NCBI GenBank assembly: GCA_020184695.1 | Contig: JAANOX010000083.1 | Span: 416,870 to 480,869, forward strand | From: Histomonas meleagridis 2922-C6/04-290x | Taxonomy: Eukaryota > Protista > Parabasalia | Direction of reading: 5' to 3' | Length of the DNA stretch: 64,000 nucleotides | Translations under genes and position numbers: made by a program | Shown: piece by piece, positions 21,939 through 33,119 of the stretch | How the letters are laid out: every line of letters starts with the position of its first letter | How positions within the stretch are numbered: position 1 is the stretch's first letter | Notes under the pieces: generated by a model | Told to the model about the DNA's origin: nothing | Seen by the model: the letters and a program-made list of their open reading frames with translations, nothing else | Databases searched by the model: none

Positions 21939-23075
21939 ATGAGCCAGAGCGAATTCGATTCTAGCGCTGATTTTCTTTCTGGAACCCTGCACTTTGTAAC
22001 CAATATGCTTTGCGGAATTGCAGAATCTATATCCAAATATATTATTTCCATAGTATTTCATGTATATGTATACATATTATATGTTGTTCTAAAGTTCCCA
22101 CGTCCAAAACATCTTACTAAAGAATCCAAGGGTGGTGCTTTCAAAATACCTGAACCAGAGTTTGATCCTAAGATGTTGCGTCGCCGCCAATATGCAATTG
22201 ATGAAATTGTTAGTAGTGAGTATTCATATCAAAAATATATAAGCATCATTTTAGAAGTTTACCAACCTCTTCTTTCCAAATATTTAACAGAAAAACAAAA
22301 TCAAAGTTATTTTGGACCATTAATTAAACTATCAACCACAAGCAAAATTGCTGTCAAAGTCTTTGAAGAAGAAGTATCTCGTGGTGCTAAGAAAGCTGAA
22401 ATTGGCAATATATTCAATCAAAAACTTGATCTCATTCCAGTTTTTATTCCCTACATTTCCAACTATCTCAACATATCTGGAATATTTCATCAATTAAGCC
22501 TTGAAAATAAGGCTTTTATCAAAGAACTCGATCAAATTGAAAGTGAAAATCTCCCATTTTCTTCCCTAGTGGTTGCGCCCGTTCAGCGCATGCCAAAATA
22601 TGTTCTTCTTCTTCGCGAAGTGCTTAAGGCGACTCCCGAATTCCACGTCGATCATAAACCGCTCGAAGATGCAATCAAAAAGTTACAACGAGAAGCACAA
22701 ATTGCAGACAAAAGCATTGCGGAAGCAAATCGGAGAGGACAACTTATTGATCTCGAACGTACAATTCGTAATTGCCCAAAACTTCTTAATGATGACCGAA
22801 GAATTATTTCAAGATTCCAACCAAAAGAAAAATCAACTGAACTCATTTTGTTTAATGATATGATACTTATTTCGAAAGAGAAAAGAGAACTTCTTTCTAG
22901 AAGTAAGTTTTGTGAAACAAAAAAAGTTATCGAATTAAACAAAGTTGAATCTGCAGAAAAAGCAGATTATGGTGTTCTTTTGAAGACAACTGGTGCGGAT
23001 ATTAAAATAGAAATTCAGTTAAGGGCACAAGAGCTCCTCGATTCAATCAATGATCTTTTGAAAAATCCAAAATAG
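21939..23075 (+). CDS. RhoGEF (DH-PH) protein
   Basis: RRQYAIDEIVSSEYSY, LVVAPVQRMPKYVLLLREVLKATP..H.DH, followed by PH-like LILFNDMILI. Confidence 0.9.
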   Translation: MSQSEFDSSADFLSGTLHFVTNMLCGIAESISKYIISIVFHVYVYILYVVLKFPRPKHLTKESKGGAFKIPEPEFDPKMLRRRQYAIDEIVSSEYSYQKYISIILEVYQPLLSKYLTEKQNQSYFGPLIKLSTTSKIAVKVFEEEVSRGAKKAEIGNIFNQKLDLIPVFIPYISNYLNISGIFHQLSLENKAFIKELDQIESENLPFSSLVVAPVQRMPKYVLLLREVLKATPEFHVDHKPLEDAIKKLQREAQIADKSIAEANRRGQLIDLERTIRNCPKLLNDDRRIISRFQPKEKSTELILFNDMILISKEKRELLSRSKFCETKKVIELNKVESAEKADYGVLLKTTGADIKIEIQLRAQELLDSINDLLKNPK

Positions 23076-23294
23076 GATCGAAATTTGTTGCTGATTTTAA
23101 ATAAAGTTTTGTATTGCCTCAATTTTATTGTGAATAACAAAATTTCGGAATAATTATTTTTGTTCTAACGATTGTTTTTAGAAAGGGTATTTGATGTCAC
23201 TTTATTTTATCTCAATTACTGTTGTCATTTTCTTTCTTTCAATATCTATGTTCATTTAGAAACCGTTTAAAGTATTTGCAAATTTTTGCACACA

Positions 23295-23645
23295 ATGGTT
23301 GAAAACCCCAATAACTTAATGCCATTCAACGGAAAGCTCGAAGACTTGAACCGACAAATTGCTGAGGCTGGATGCCTTGTTGTTGTTGATTTCTTTGCAA
23401 CATGGTGTCCTCCATGTAATCGTCTTGGAGACAATTTACCAGCAATAGCTGCTGAAAACCCAAAGGTACAATTTCTAAAAATAAATATCGATGAATGCCG
23501 TGACTTAACAAATCATTTTGGAATTAACTCTATTCCACACATCAAATTCTTCAAAGCTGACCAAGGCTCACAAATTCAAGAGCTCGCCTCAATTACTGGT
23601 GTAGACATCCAACAAATGAAGAGTAAGCTACAACAATTTGGTTAA
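23295..23645 (+). CDS. Thioredoxin
   Basis: VVVDFFATWCPPC active site, SIP cis-Pro loop. Confidence 0.93.
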   Translation: MVENPNNLMPFNGKLEDLNRQIAEAGCLVVVDFFATWCPPCNRLGDNLPAIAAENPKVQFLKINIDECRDLTNHFGINSIPHIKFFKADQGSQIQELASITGVDIQQMKSKLQQFG

Positions 23646-23824
23646 ATAAGTAAAATTAATTGATTTTTTTTTAATTTTCTTTGCAATTTTATTTCTACTT
23701 TTTAGTGGAATTGAAGCATCGTGTTAATAGCTTGTTTTGGTTCGAAAGTGGTTCAAAGCAAGTTGATAAAATAAACGTTCAGTGTTCCATTAAATATTTG
23801 ACCGACTTTTGCCGTCAAGTTCAA

Positions 23825-24472
23825 ATGTCCACCAAAGCAAAGGCCAGAAAGGAAGAACGCAAAAAAGAAACGGAAATGCTTAACCGAAAGCGTCAATTGA
23901 TCAAGGATTGCGAACAAATTGAAGATCTTTTGACACTTGTTCCAATGTTCAAAGAATTTAATAAAAATGGAATAAATGCAGAAATTGCTGCATTCAATAA
24001 ATTTCCTGAAGGCATTTTAGAATGGGCTCTTAAGCTTATTGAAACAAATATGAAAACCATATATGAAAATACATGGGGATGGAATCCTGATTCAAAAGAG
24101 GGCGAACTTATACATGAATCAGCAAGATTTTTAATTGCTTTTTCAAACAAAGAACCTATCGGATTCATCCACTTTCGTTTTGAACTTGAAAATGGAGAAG
24201 CATCTTCATTTATTTATGATATTCAGATTGAACCAAAGTATTTCAGGAAAGGACTTGGAAGATTCCTTTTGCAGGCTGTCGAATTAATTACGTTAAAGCA
24301 AAAACTTGACTCTGTCATGTTATCAATTTTCAAAGAAAATGTAGTAGGACGCGCATTCTTCAACTCAATGAAGTATGTACAGCATAAAACATCACCAACC
24401 GTTTATGATCCTGAAAATGCACATGAGTATGATCATGAAATTCTTTACAAGTCACTTGTCAAGAAAAATTAA
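23825..24472 (+). CDS. NAA40: N-alpha-acetyltransferase 40 (NatD), GNAT family
   Basis: LIETNMKTIYENTWGW..K..EL..ARFLI, GFIHFRF, YDIQIE..RKGLGRFL; ATG at 23825. Confidence 0.82.
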   Translation: MSTKAKARKEERKKETEMLNRKRQLIKDCEQIEDLLTLVPMFKEFNKNGINAEIAAFNKFPEGILEWALKLIETNMKTIYENTWGWNPDSKEGELIHESARFLIAFSNKEPIGFIHFRFELENGEASSFIYDIQIEPKYFRKGLGRFLLQAVELITLKQKLDSVMLSIFKENVVGRAFFNSMKYVQHKTSPTVYDPENAHEYDHEILYKSLVKKN

Positions 24473-24564
24473 CTAAACATACAACAACATAAAAAAATAA
24501 TTTGTTTAGTAAATGAATAGCTTCTTGTTGTGAAAATTCAAATATAATATAAATTTATATAAAT

Positions 24565-25041
24565 TTAAATTGGAATCCATTGTATGACAAAAACAACAGA
24601 AAGGAATCCAAGGGCACCAATAACGAATGTCATTAGTTGGAAAGTTCGCCACATTGCAAATATGAAACATATCACCATTAAAACAAGACAAATGGTCATA
24701 GCATAGAAAGGAATCGGCATGATGGCATCCCACTTTTCGACAGGTATTTTTGGTCTTCGGAAAACAGACATCTTGAAAAACATGTACAAATAACAACCAA
24801 TGTATATTGCTGTAAACATATAAAACATTTTGAGGAAATTCCTATTAATTCTAACATCGTACAGAACTTTTTGTCGAAAATGTGTGATTTTGCAAACATA
24901 AAGGAAAAGAGCTACAACAACGATTGTTCTAATGATTCGACCAACAAATATACTTGCTTTTGATCTCTCTTCAATTGGGAGTTCTGGCATGTTACCACCA
25001 GGTCGAGGGTCAAGTTCTCCATCATTTGTTCTTCTTCTCAT
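24565..25041 (-). CDS. TMEM128-like four-TM membrane protein
   Basis: Four TM segments; W...MPIP..T..L....ICFIFAMW pattern. Confidence 0.5.
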   Translation of the reverse strand: MRRRTNDGELDPRPGGNMPELPIEERSKASIFVGRIIRTIVVVALFLYVCKITHFRQKVLYDVRINRNFLKMFYMFTAIYIGCYLYMFFKMSVFRRPKIPVEKWDAIMPIPFYAMTICLVLMVICFIFAMWRTFQLMTFVIGALGFLSVVFVIQWIPI

Positions 25042-25487
25042 AATTTGCTTTAAGCAACCGTCTGACCATGTACGATTTTTGGGAAGAAATGATTTTAGTG
25101 CATGAGATTAGCATAAAATCATATTCCTTAAATACAAAATTTATCATCAAATGACTCAAAAAAATCTAAAGGTTAAAAAATAAAACCATTAAGTGATTTG
25201 AATCCGATTATAAGATATCTTTTTGTAAATTGAGTTGTTTTTATCAAGTCTATTCCTTATAGAGGTTAGAATGAGAAATTTGTAAAAGAATTTCAAAAAT
25301 TTTAGAAATATTTAAATTGAAAATTGAGATTAGCTAAGACTTACAACATTAACCAAGTGCATTAAATGCATTTTAGAAACAATGCTTTTGGTTTATATAT
25401 TTTTGATTTTAGCTTTGTTTATTATACACAAAGTTGCGCGTAATTTAAACGTACAATGGAGCCAAATTAACGTCTGATAAAAAATAA

Positions 25488-26648
25488 ATGAGCAAATCAG
25501 AAGAATGGGATGCGCAAATTAATGAACGAAAGTTACGCTTTATAAAGGAAGATATCAAAAATACAAAAAAACAAATTTCATCTTTGGAAGTTCAAAAAGA
25601 AAATTATGAAAAAGAATATCTAGATTTAGAATTTCATTTAAATGAGTTGCATGCAACATCACTGCCTGATGAAGAGGATGAAAGCCTTGAATCTAAAGAA
25701 CCATGTTTTTTTGATGTTCTTAATCAATTGGAAATGGAAGAATCTGCCTTATTGTCTGAACTAAAGAGTTTTCAAGAAATACCGCATGAGGCAAAACATC
25801 GAATGAATGTTTCAATTCAAACAATCAACAAAATAAAAAATCAAATTAAATTGGAAACAGAAAATAGAGATAGAGATAAAACACAAATTGCCCAACTTAA
25901 TAGCGAAATAATGGAATTACAAACATTACTTGATAATAAAGAAGAAGAACTTCAGGAACTGATCGATCAATGTAATGAACTTCAAGATGAGGAAATTGCC
26001 ATAACAAAATCACTTAAGCAATATGATGAAGGGTATGTTGAAAAGCTTAGGTCAAAACTTAAAAAGAAGCAGGATGAATTAAAATCATCACAAAATCTTG
26101 AGAAAAATCTTCAAAAGAAGTACACCAAACTCCTTCATCAATATCAAGTTAATAAGTCAAGACAAGAAAGACAATTAAAAAGTGTTATGAGCACATCAAA
26201 TTGGATGAATGAGAGATCAATTTTACTAGCAAAAATTGCAAAATCAAAAGACAAGTTCACAAAAGACAAGCAAAATCTAAATTCAACGCTCCAAAGAAAA
26301 CAAGTTATTCAAAGGAAGTTCAAATCACTTCTTGGTGAAGATGATCCTGGTAATGGAACAGGTGAACGAGTTAAACAAATGGTTCTTGCGGAGCTTGAAG
26401 AAAGAAGTAATAATGTTCATGATGATAATGATTTAGTTGAACAAATGATAATCGAAGAAAATTATAATCTACAATTAAACGAAGAGCTTCAAAAACTACA
26501 AAAATCGAACGAACTATTGGATCAACATATTAGCGAAGTTTTAGATTCACTTAATGATGAGCTCCAAGAATGCTCCCAAAACGGTTACTTGAAGTTACTG
26601 AAATGTGAAATGAACAAACTGCAAGCAACTTTGTCAAAAGTGAGGTGA
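25488..26648 (+). CDS. Coiled-coil protein, unknown function
   Basis: 386 aa, E/K/Q/L-rich heptads throughout. Confidence 0.7.
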   Translation: MSKSEEWDAQINERKLRFIKEDIKNTKKQISSLEVQKENYEKEYLDLEFHLNELHATSLPDEEDESLESKEPCFFDVLNQLEMEESALLSELKSFQEIPHEAKHRMNVSIQTINKIKNQIKLETENRDRDKTQIAQLNSEIMELQTLLDNKEEELQELIDQCNELQDEEIAITKSLKQYDEGYVEKLRSKLKKKQDELKSSQNLEKNLQKKYTKLLHQYQVNKSRQERQLKSVMSTSNWMNERSILLAKIAKSKDKFTKDKQNLNSTLQRKQVIQRKFKSLLGEDDPGNGTGERVKQMVLAELEERSNNVHDDNDLVEQMIIEENYNLQLNEELQKLQKSNELLDQHISEVLDSLNDELQECSQNGYLKLLKCEMNKLQATLSKVR

Positions 26649-26693
26649 AAATGATTCTCTTGATTACCTATTTTAAAACCATTAATGTGTTGT

Positions 26694-27020
26694 TTATAAA
26701 ACCCCATGAATTTTCACTTGGCCTTTGTTACATATTTTTTCGTTAACGAGGAAGTCAGCGACATTCTTTCGTTGATCTCCAGTTAATTGGAGAACTTTCT
26801 TTCCTTCATTATCAGCCACAATTGTCCCGTTACAGCAAAAGTTCCTCTTGAAGTATTGAGTTACTTTTTTCATGTTTAATTTTGGTGGTAATCCTTGTAC
26901 AAGAGTTACACATTTTCTACCATTTCGTTGTTGAATGCGAATATGAACCTCAAACTCGTTTTCTGGTGGACCTAGCGTTGGATCTGTTGGAAGATCAACT
27001 GCAAATGGGTCTTGGGACAT
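26694..27020 (-). CDS. SUI1: Translation initiation factor eIF1 (SUI1)
   Basis: VHIRIQQRNGRKCVTLVQGL, FCCNGTIV, LQLTGDQR, KIHG. Confidence 0.97.
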   Translation of the reverse strand: MSQDPFAVDLPTDPTLGPPENEFEVHIRIQQRNGRKCVTLVQGLPPKLNMKKVTQYFKRNFCCNGTIVADNEGKKVLQLTGDQRKNVADFLVNEKICNKGQVKIHGVL

Positions 27021-27335
27021 ATGACACTTTTACATCTTTGAATTTTCAATTGAAACAATGCAAATTTTGGCACAAAAACAACTTCTCTTTTTTTAACCTT
27101 TTAGTTTCTTTTATTTGTATCTCGACCAAAACAAGCAAATTATTTATAATGATCATCATTCATTCTTAAAAGCAATCATTTTTTACACCGATTCTTTTTT
27201 CTATGTTAATTTTCTTCTTTTCATTTCGAATTTTGTCGAAAACGATCATAAGTTACATCACATTGTCATAAATTTGTAGTTTTTCATTTCTAATCTTATT
27301 ATGTTTTATTGAATAAATAATGAGAATATTAGGCA

Positions 27336-29159
27336 CTAATGCCATCCAGGAAGGCCCCATGAGGCGCCAGAGCCCCATCCTGATGATGGGCTTTGTGCAC
27401 TGGTTTTCCAGGAATTTTCGCTGCTAGAAGCTGCAGAAGTTGACCATGACATAGTTGTGGCACCTACACCCCAATTGGTGTCTCCTTGCGGTGGAATTCC
27501 CCATCCACTACCAGTCGCCCAACCATTGGTGACTTTTTCTTGTTTATCATTTGCATTTGCATTGGGCGCTGTAGTTTGTTCAGTTGCTTTTTCATTATTT
27601 GCTTCTGTCGTTGCAACTTGTTCATTTGAAGGATGCGTCGTGATTGTAGCAATCTGAGGAACTGAAGTTGGCTGAGAATCTGTTGTAGGTGTTTTTGCTG
27701 GCGCTTCTGTGGATGCGTTAGTGGTGGATGAATTGCTTCCAAATAATGTCTGAGTTGCTGGCTCTGTCGCTGTGCCAACAGCGCTGGACAGTGGGCTTTC
27801 AGATGGTTTAGTTGATGCCGATGAACCACCAAATGTTGAGCCCGGCTGCGGCTCTGTTGATGGCTTAGGCGCTTTCGGCATGGAGAACGCAAGTGCTTTG
27901 TTGTCAGCTGCTGGTTGGTTGGAACCAAATGAAAACGCTGGTGGTGATGGGAGAGAAGATGTGGATGCCTTGTCAGGTGTTGTTTGAGGAGAACCAGTTG
28001 AAAGCGCTGGTGCTTTGCTGTCAGTTGCTGATTGGTTGGTGCCAAATGAAAGCGCTGGTGCTTTGCTGTCAGTTGCTGATTGGCTGGTGCCAAATGAAAA
28101 CGCTGGTGCTTTGTTGTCAGTTGCTGGTTGGTTGGTGCCAAATGAGAGCGCTGGTGTATTAGTGGAGAGAAATGAAGATGGCTTGGCCTCTGCTTGCGGT
28201 GCCGGCTTGTCTTTTGCTGGTTTTGTTTCTTCTGTTTTAGATTCAGTTGAAGCTGCTGATTTATCATTAGTAGTTGTATCAGTTGCTTTGGGTGTAAACG
28301 AAAAGCTCCCAAGCTCGGTCGTTGGCTTGACGTCTGTTTCTTTCTTTGTTTCATTTTGTGTTGGAAAGTTAAAGGATGCCAATGTTGAACCATCTTTGGT
28401 TTCCTTGTTCCCATCGTTGCTACCTGTTAAAGGAGTAATACCAAGTCCGAATCCTATGTTTGGTTTTGTCTCTGTTGTGGGTTTGGCGGCGTCTTCGACT
28501 TTGTCGGCTGTGGTTTCGGTTTTATCGGTCGCATTTTCGGTTTGTGGCGGTTGGAGTGATGTGCTTAATGAATTGCTTGAGCCTACACCAAAATTAAACG
28601 AACCAAATGCAGATTTTTCATCAGCTGGTTTTGGTGTTTCGTTGGAATTGGTTTCGCCCATTTTTGTCATACCAAATTGTAAATTATTTGAATTCGAAAA
28701 GTCAAACGATTGTGTAGATGTTTTGGGTGCTTCGGTTGTTTGCTTGTCAAGAGGCGTGGTAGGTGATGTACCAAAAGAGAGTGTATTTGTTTTTTGTATT
28801 GAATTAAGAAATGATGCACTGGTTTCATTTTCTTCTGCTTCAATTTTGTCTTTCATTTTTTTAGTAAAAATTCTATCTACTTTTCCGGGTCTGATTTTCC
28901 TTCCATTTTTTTCAATTGAAACTTTTTTGATTGGGACATCCTCACCAATAGAAACATCAGCAAATTTTGAATTACTGTCAATGGTTTGAACTGCAGCGTC
29001 GCACCTTGAGATGTTTGAATTTATTTCTAAGGTAATAGGATCGTCAAAATGATTTTTTGCTATTCGAAAATTTGACACTGTGTGAATAGGACTTAGTTTC
29101 TCGGGGGGTGGTGTATCACCAGAAAACCACCCAAAAAGCTTGTTAAGATATGCGCTCAT
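27336..29159 (-). CDS. FG-repeat nucleoporin-like protein with WG/GW-rich C-terminal tail
   Basis: Many SFG/FNFG/FSFG motifs in S/T/P/K-rich spacers; ATG 29159 (MSAYLNKLFGWFSG). Confidence 0.7.
   Translation of the reverse strand: MSAYLNKLFGWFSGDTPPPEKLSPIHTVSNFRIAKNHFDDPITLEINSNISRCDAAVQTIDSNSKFADVSIGEDVPIKKVSIEKNGRKIRPGKVDRIFTKKMKDKIEAEENETSASFLNSIQKTNTLSFGTSPTTPLDKQTTEAPKTSTQSFDFSNSNNLQFGMTKMGETNSNETPKPADEKSAFGSFNFGVGSSNSLSTSLQPPQTENATDKTETTADKVEDAAKPTTETKPNIGFGLGITPLTGSNDGNKETKDGSTLASFNFPTQNETKKETDVKPTTELGSFSFTPKATDTTTNDKSAASTESKTEETKPAKDKPAPQAEAKPSSFLSTNTPALSFGTNQPATDNKAPAFSFGTSQSATDSKAPALSFGTNQSATDSKAPALSTGSPQTTPDKASTSSLPSPPAFSFGSNQPAADNKALAFSMPKAPKPSTEPQPGSTFGGSSASTKPSESPLSSAVGTATEPATQTLFGSNSSTTNASTEAPAKTPTTDSQPTSVPQIATITTHPSNEQVATTEANNEKATEQTTAPNANANDKQEKVTNGWATGSGWGIPPQGDTNWGVGATTMSWSTSAASSSENSWKTSAQSPSSGWGSGASWGLPGWH
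28000..28157 (-). repeat. 48-bp coding tandem repeat (PA[L/F]SFGT[N/S]Q.ATD.KA), about 3.3 copies
   Basis: GA(A/G)A(G/A)CGCTGGTG recurs at 28000, 28048, 28096, 28144 on the plus strand. Confidence 0.9.
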
Positions 29160-29952
29160 TGAAGGCGGGTGCTTTGGCCGATGGTTTATTTTGAATAAGT
29201 TTATTCGAATTGTTCGCCTACAATAAAAAATTTGGGGTGCCCCACATGAATCGTGATGCTTTTGGAACCATCGATGGTTCACTGTAAAAGTGCTTTGAAC
29301 GCATAGGACCATTAAAAAAATAACTACATAGATATGTTCAGCTTTAATTTAAATTTTATAAAATTTATTATCCAAAAATAGATTTTTATATTCATTGATG
29401 CAGGCAAATTCGGAAATCTTTTCCTAAATATGTAGCAAGCTCATAATTATCAAAACTGTTATCAAAAGAAGAAGAATCATAAGACTTAATTTGTAAAATA
29501 ACATAATTTTAAATATCTTTTTAAAAATAAATTTAAGTTAACATTTTTTGGATCTCCACGTTTGAATTTTTGAATACTAATTTTTCAAGATTTTATTTAT
29601 GAGTATTCTTCTTTCTTTTCATTCACATATGTTATAGATACATCATCAAGCATTTGGAAACTTTTTTTAAGTTAACTTAAATATGCATGCTTCAGTTTGG
29701 AAATATAATTATTCATCTAATTATTGTTCATATAGATACAATAATTACTTAATTTTTATCGAACTATTATGTAAATTATTTGAAGAAACAGAAAACATTA
29801 GTGTTGGATCAGAAGGAATTTTGTCAAATCCTCATAAAATCGAACTGATTTTGGTATCACAACATATATAAAATCATCATTATTATTTATGAAATCAATA
29901 AAAAATATGAATCAAATCATAAACTGTTCGATTTATTGCACCTCACTGGAAT

Positions 29953-30063
29953 CAGACATGGGCAACGTTAAATTTTTTGATTGCTATTTCCACCTTTCAA
30001 CCTTTGGTGTGCAAAAAAAAGTGTTTTAGGTTGGTTATGTTTTTTTAATGTTGCCCAAGTCTG
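29953..30063. mobile_element. 111-bp hAT-type MITE
   Basis: TIRs CAGACATGGGCAACGTTAAA / TTTAATGTTGCCCAAGTCTG (18 of 20 match); 8-bp TSD ACTGGAAT at 29945-29952 and 30064-30071. Confidence 0.85.
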
Positions 30064-30886
30064 ACTGGAATGACCAATCATAATGAAAATTAATATTCTG
30101 ATTTTATATACATCAGCATAATTTTCAAAATATTTGATTAAAAGTATTATGACCTAATTCTTTGAGGATTTCGATTGTAATATTAATTACTTTCAATGAG
30201 AGATTTGTAATAGTTCAATTTAATGCTTCAACTTTTTATATGAAACATGTTAACATGATAAATTAAACAATTGGTCCTAAAAATTTTATATTAAACTTAC
30301 GTTCATTTTGTAAATATATGTCTAAGGAATTCTAAAGTTGTTTTCCAAGATGTTCTTGCCCGATTATACGTATAATTGAAATTTGAATGAAAAACTCTTT
30401 CACCTGAAAAGTGATTAAAAAAAAACGTTTTCAATGAAAAAACTCACTTTTTTAATTGAATTTATCCTTCGTCAATAAACACATTTATTTGGTGATAATA
30501 AGTCTATATTAGGATAATATTAATAGGACTATATTAAGTGACATACCTTTATTTCTTTTTAAGATATATTAAATAATAATGTTTTGATCCTGGAAGGGAA
30601 GATCCAGATTTTTTCGAAAAAACAGAAAAAATATTTCCTATCTTCGATTTACGAGTTAGGGATAATTCAAATTTTTAAGTTATGTAAATTTAATGAAAAA
30701 TTTTATAATGATTTTTCTTCTACACGACGAGTAAAGAAACATGTCATTGGCCAACTGGCCATTCAAATATTTATAAACCGTTTTCATGTGAAAAGCTTTT
30801 CAAATGAAGTAAAGTAAACAAAATCAATTCAATTATTGTTTGCCTAACTTTTCAGCACGAATAACAGTTTTATTCGGAAAGGAAAA

Positions 30887-32917
30887 ATGAAACCTTCCAA
30901 GCTCAGCGATGAATCCTTACAGTATATGCAAACGCAAGCATTTTTTAATATCGAACAACAAAAACGGTATGAGTATCTTCAACAAATTGGAAGTGAACTT
31001 ACCACCATATCTCAACATTTTACTCTGTATGCAGATTTAGGGCAAAAAATGTGTGAAGAATTCAAGCAGCTACGTAATTCATTTGATAATATGGAAATTA
31101 TTGCTACAGACCAATCCATCAAACCATTAAGTGAAATCTTTCAAGCTGTTGACACAGCCTTTACCACACATTTCAATATCATTTCTAAGAGTATAGCGGA
31201 TCCATTAAACCAATTTGTAGCACAAGATCTTATCAAACTTGCCACACTTGAAAAAGATTATCAAAAACATCATTCTTCCTACATCGAAGCCGAAGAGCGA
31301 TATGCCTCCATGAAGTCCAGTGCCAAAGGCAAAGAGAAGAATGAGAAAGAACAAGCCATGGTCCAAGAACATACGTTATCTTCATTATCATTTTTTGAGT
31401 TTTGCATGAATATGGAAGGTATTGAGCTCAAACTTAAATCTCTTCTCCCACAGATGTTCATGTCCTATCTTACATCCGTTTCCGAGCCATTTGCAGAATG
31501 TCTCAAACAAATAAATAACCGCGAAGGTGAATTAAATGAGACCAAAGCCACCATTGATGAAGTCAATTCCCAATTACAAAAGTTTTCCAAGCATTCTGTG
31601 CAAGTTAAGCAAGAAGTCTCATCACAAATACCACTTTACTGGGAGCGCCTCACCGCTCCATATGAAGCCACTTTAGACACCAGCATCCAAGGGTTCCTCC
31701 GTAAGCGCCAAGGCCTCACCAAGAGCTGGCACAAACTTTTTTTTGTCATTTCGAATGGCATTTTATCATATTCCAAAAATGTTGAAGGCGTCTTCAAGAC
31801 GACCAAAAACATTCCGTTAATGAATTGCACAGTCAAACGCGAGTCTAATTTAGGACGGAACAATTGTTTTTCCATATCCACTCATAAGAAGACTATAGTT
31901 CTTCAAGCGTTAACGATGTGGGAGATGTACAATTGGATGACAGTAATCCAAAACAGTATTTATCAAGAGCTCAACAAAGGCGCCATTGAGATTGAAGAGA
32001 ATGTTTCCAATCTTCAAACTGAGATCAAATGCGCTGATTGCGGCGCACCTAATGCGACATGGTGCTCATTAAATTGGGGCGTCACGTTATGTCCGAAATG
32101 TGTTGCTGAACATCGGAGCCTTGGACCAAAGATATCGAGAGTACGAAGTACGCATCTTGATACTATTGATCCATATCAGCATGCATTAATCGAAGCTATA
32201 GGGAATGACGTCGCTAATTCGGTCTTAGAAGCTAAAGTCGGCAATGATAAAATAGGGCCGAATGCAATTGTTTATGACCGACATAATTATATTGTCCGGA
32301 AATATCAAAACTTGGAATTCATTGATGATAATAATCGGAATAATAACATTAATATCTTTAAGTCTATTCAACGGCAAGATATAATAAGTGTATTTAAATA
32401 TATATGTACACAAAAATTAAACAAATTCGACTCAAATAAATTCGCACCAATTCATGCTGCAGCAATTGTTGGTAATCCAATAGTTTTAAGTTTAGTTGCT
32501 TTCCATACTAATGATGTTGATCAACTTGATGACATTGGTTGGTCTGCACTTTCTTACGCAACATATTATGGTGCAACAATTATCGTGAACGAATTACTCT
32601 CTTTCGGAGCTGACCCAAATTCTTCTGAAGTCGCACATCCTTATTGCATCGCAAAGTTTCTGGATAACCAAAAGCTAATTAAAAAGTTCGCAAAATATGA
32701 GAAAAACGCAAATTATAATGAGGAAATGGTGTTCGCACCAGCTCATGACGAAATATTCCCAAAGAGATTTAAGTTCAAGAAGTTCGTAAGCGACCCGTCA
32801 GTGTACAAAGAAAATAAACAACAAATGAGCCCAAAGCAAATGACTGAACAGGACCAGGAAAAGCTGTCGTCTGCAATCCTCAACATGAGAACAAAATTGT
32901 CAAAAAATGATAAATGA
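30887..32917 (+). CDS. ArfGAP with BAR, PH and ankyrin domains (ACAP/centaurin-beta-like)
   Basis: BAR-like helices; PH (QGFLRKRQG..KSW..FF, LQA...MYNWM); CADC.A.NATWCSLNWGVTLC.KC..EHRSLG..ISRVRS; ankyrin repeats. Confidence 0.92.
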   Translation: MKPSKLSDESLQYMQTQAFFNIEQQKRYEYLQQIGSELTTISQHFTLYADLGQKMCEEFKQLRNSFDNMEIIATDQSIKPLSEIFQAVDTAFTTHFNIISKSIADPLNQFVAQDLIKLATLEKDYQKHHSSYIEAEERYASMKSSAKGKEKNEKEQAMVQEHTLSSLSFFEFCMNMEGIELKLKSLLPQMFMSYLTSVSEPFAECLKQINNREGELNETKATIDEVNSQLQKFSKHSVQVKQEVSSQIPLYWERLTAPYEATLDTSIQGFLRKRQGLTKSWHKLFFVISNGILSYSKNVEGVFKTTKNIPLMNCTVKRESNLGRNNCFSISTHKKTIVLQALTMWEMYNWMTVIQNSIYQELNKGAIEIEENVSNLQTEIKCADCGAPNATWCSLNWGVTLCPKCVAEHRSLGPKISRVRSTHLDTIDPYQHALIEAIGNDVANSVLEAKVGNDKIGPNAIVYDRHNYIVRKYQNLEFIDDNNRNNNINIFKSIQRQDIISVFKYICTQKLNKFDSNKFAPIHAAAIVGNPIVLSLVAFHTNDVDQLDDIGWSALSYATYYGATIIVNELLSFGADPNSSEVAHPYCIAKFLDNQKLIKKFAKYEKNANYNEEMVFAPAHDEIFPKRFKFKKFVSDPSVYKENKQQMSPKQMTEQDQEKLSSAILNMRTKLSKNDK

Positions 32918-33102
32918 TAAAGTGTTTATATGAAAAAGATTTGTTTTGGTTGTGAATAACATTGTGAAAAAAGAAAGAAACGATTTCGATTCTGGTGATA
33001 TCTTTTGGATTATAATGTTTTGTCGTCAAAGGCTGTTTTCAATGTGTGTTCTAATATATTATTATATTTTCATGTTGTTTTGTTTGTATTAAATATTCAA
33101 AC

Positions 33103-33118
33103 AAAAAAAAACAAAAAA
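33103..33118 (-). terminator. Pol III oligo-T terminator of the tRNA
   Basis: T6 and T9 runs immediately 3' of the tRNA on the minus strand. Confidence 0.75.
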
Positions 33119-33119
33119 T

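Noticed and set aside
27457-28989. Long overlapping ORFs (316 aa minus, 324 aa plus) over the nucleoporin
   Set aside because: Shadow frames of a low-complexity, repeat-rich CDS
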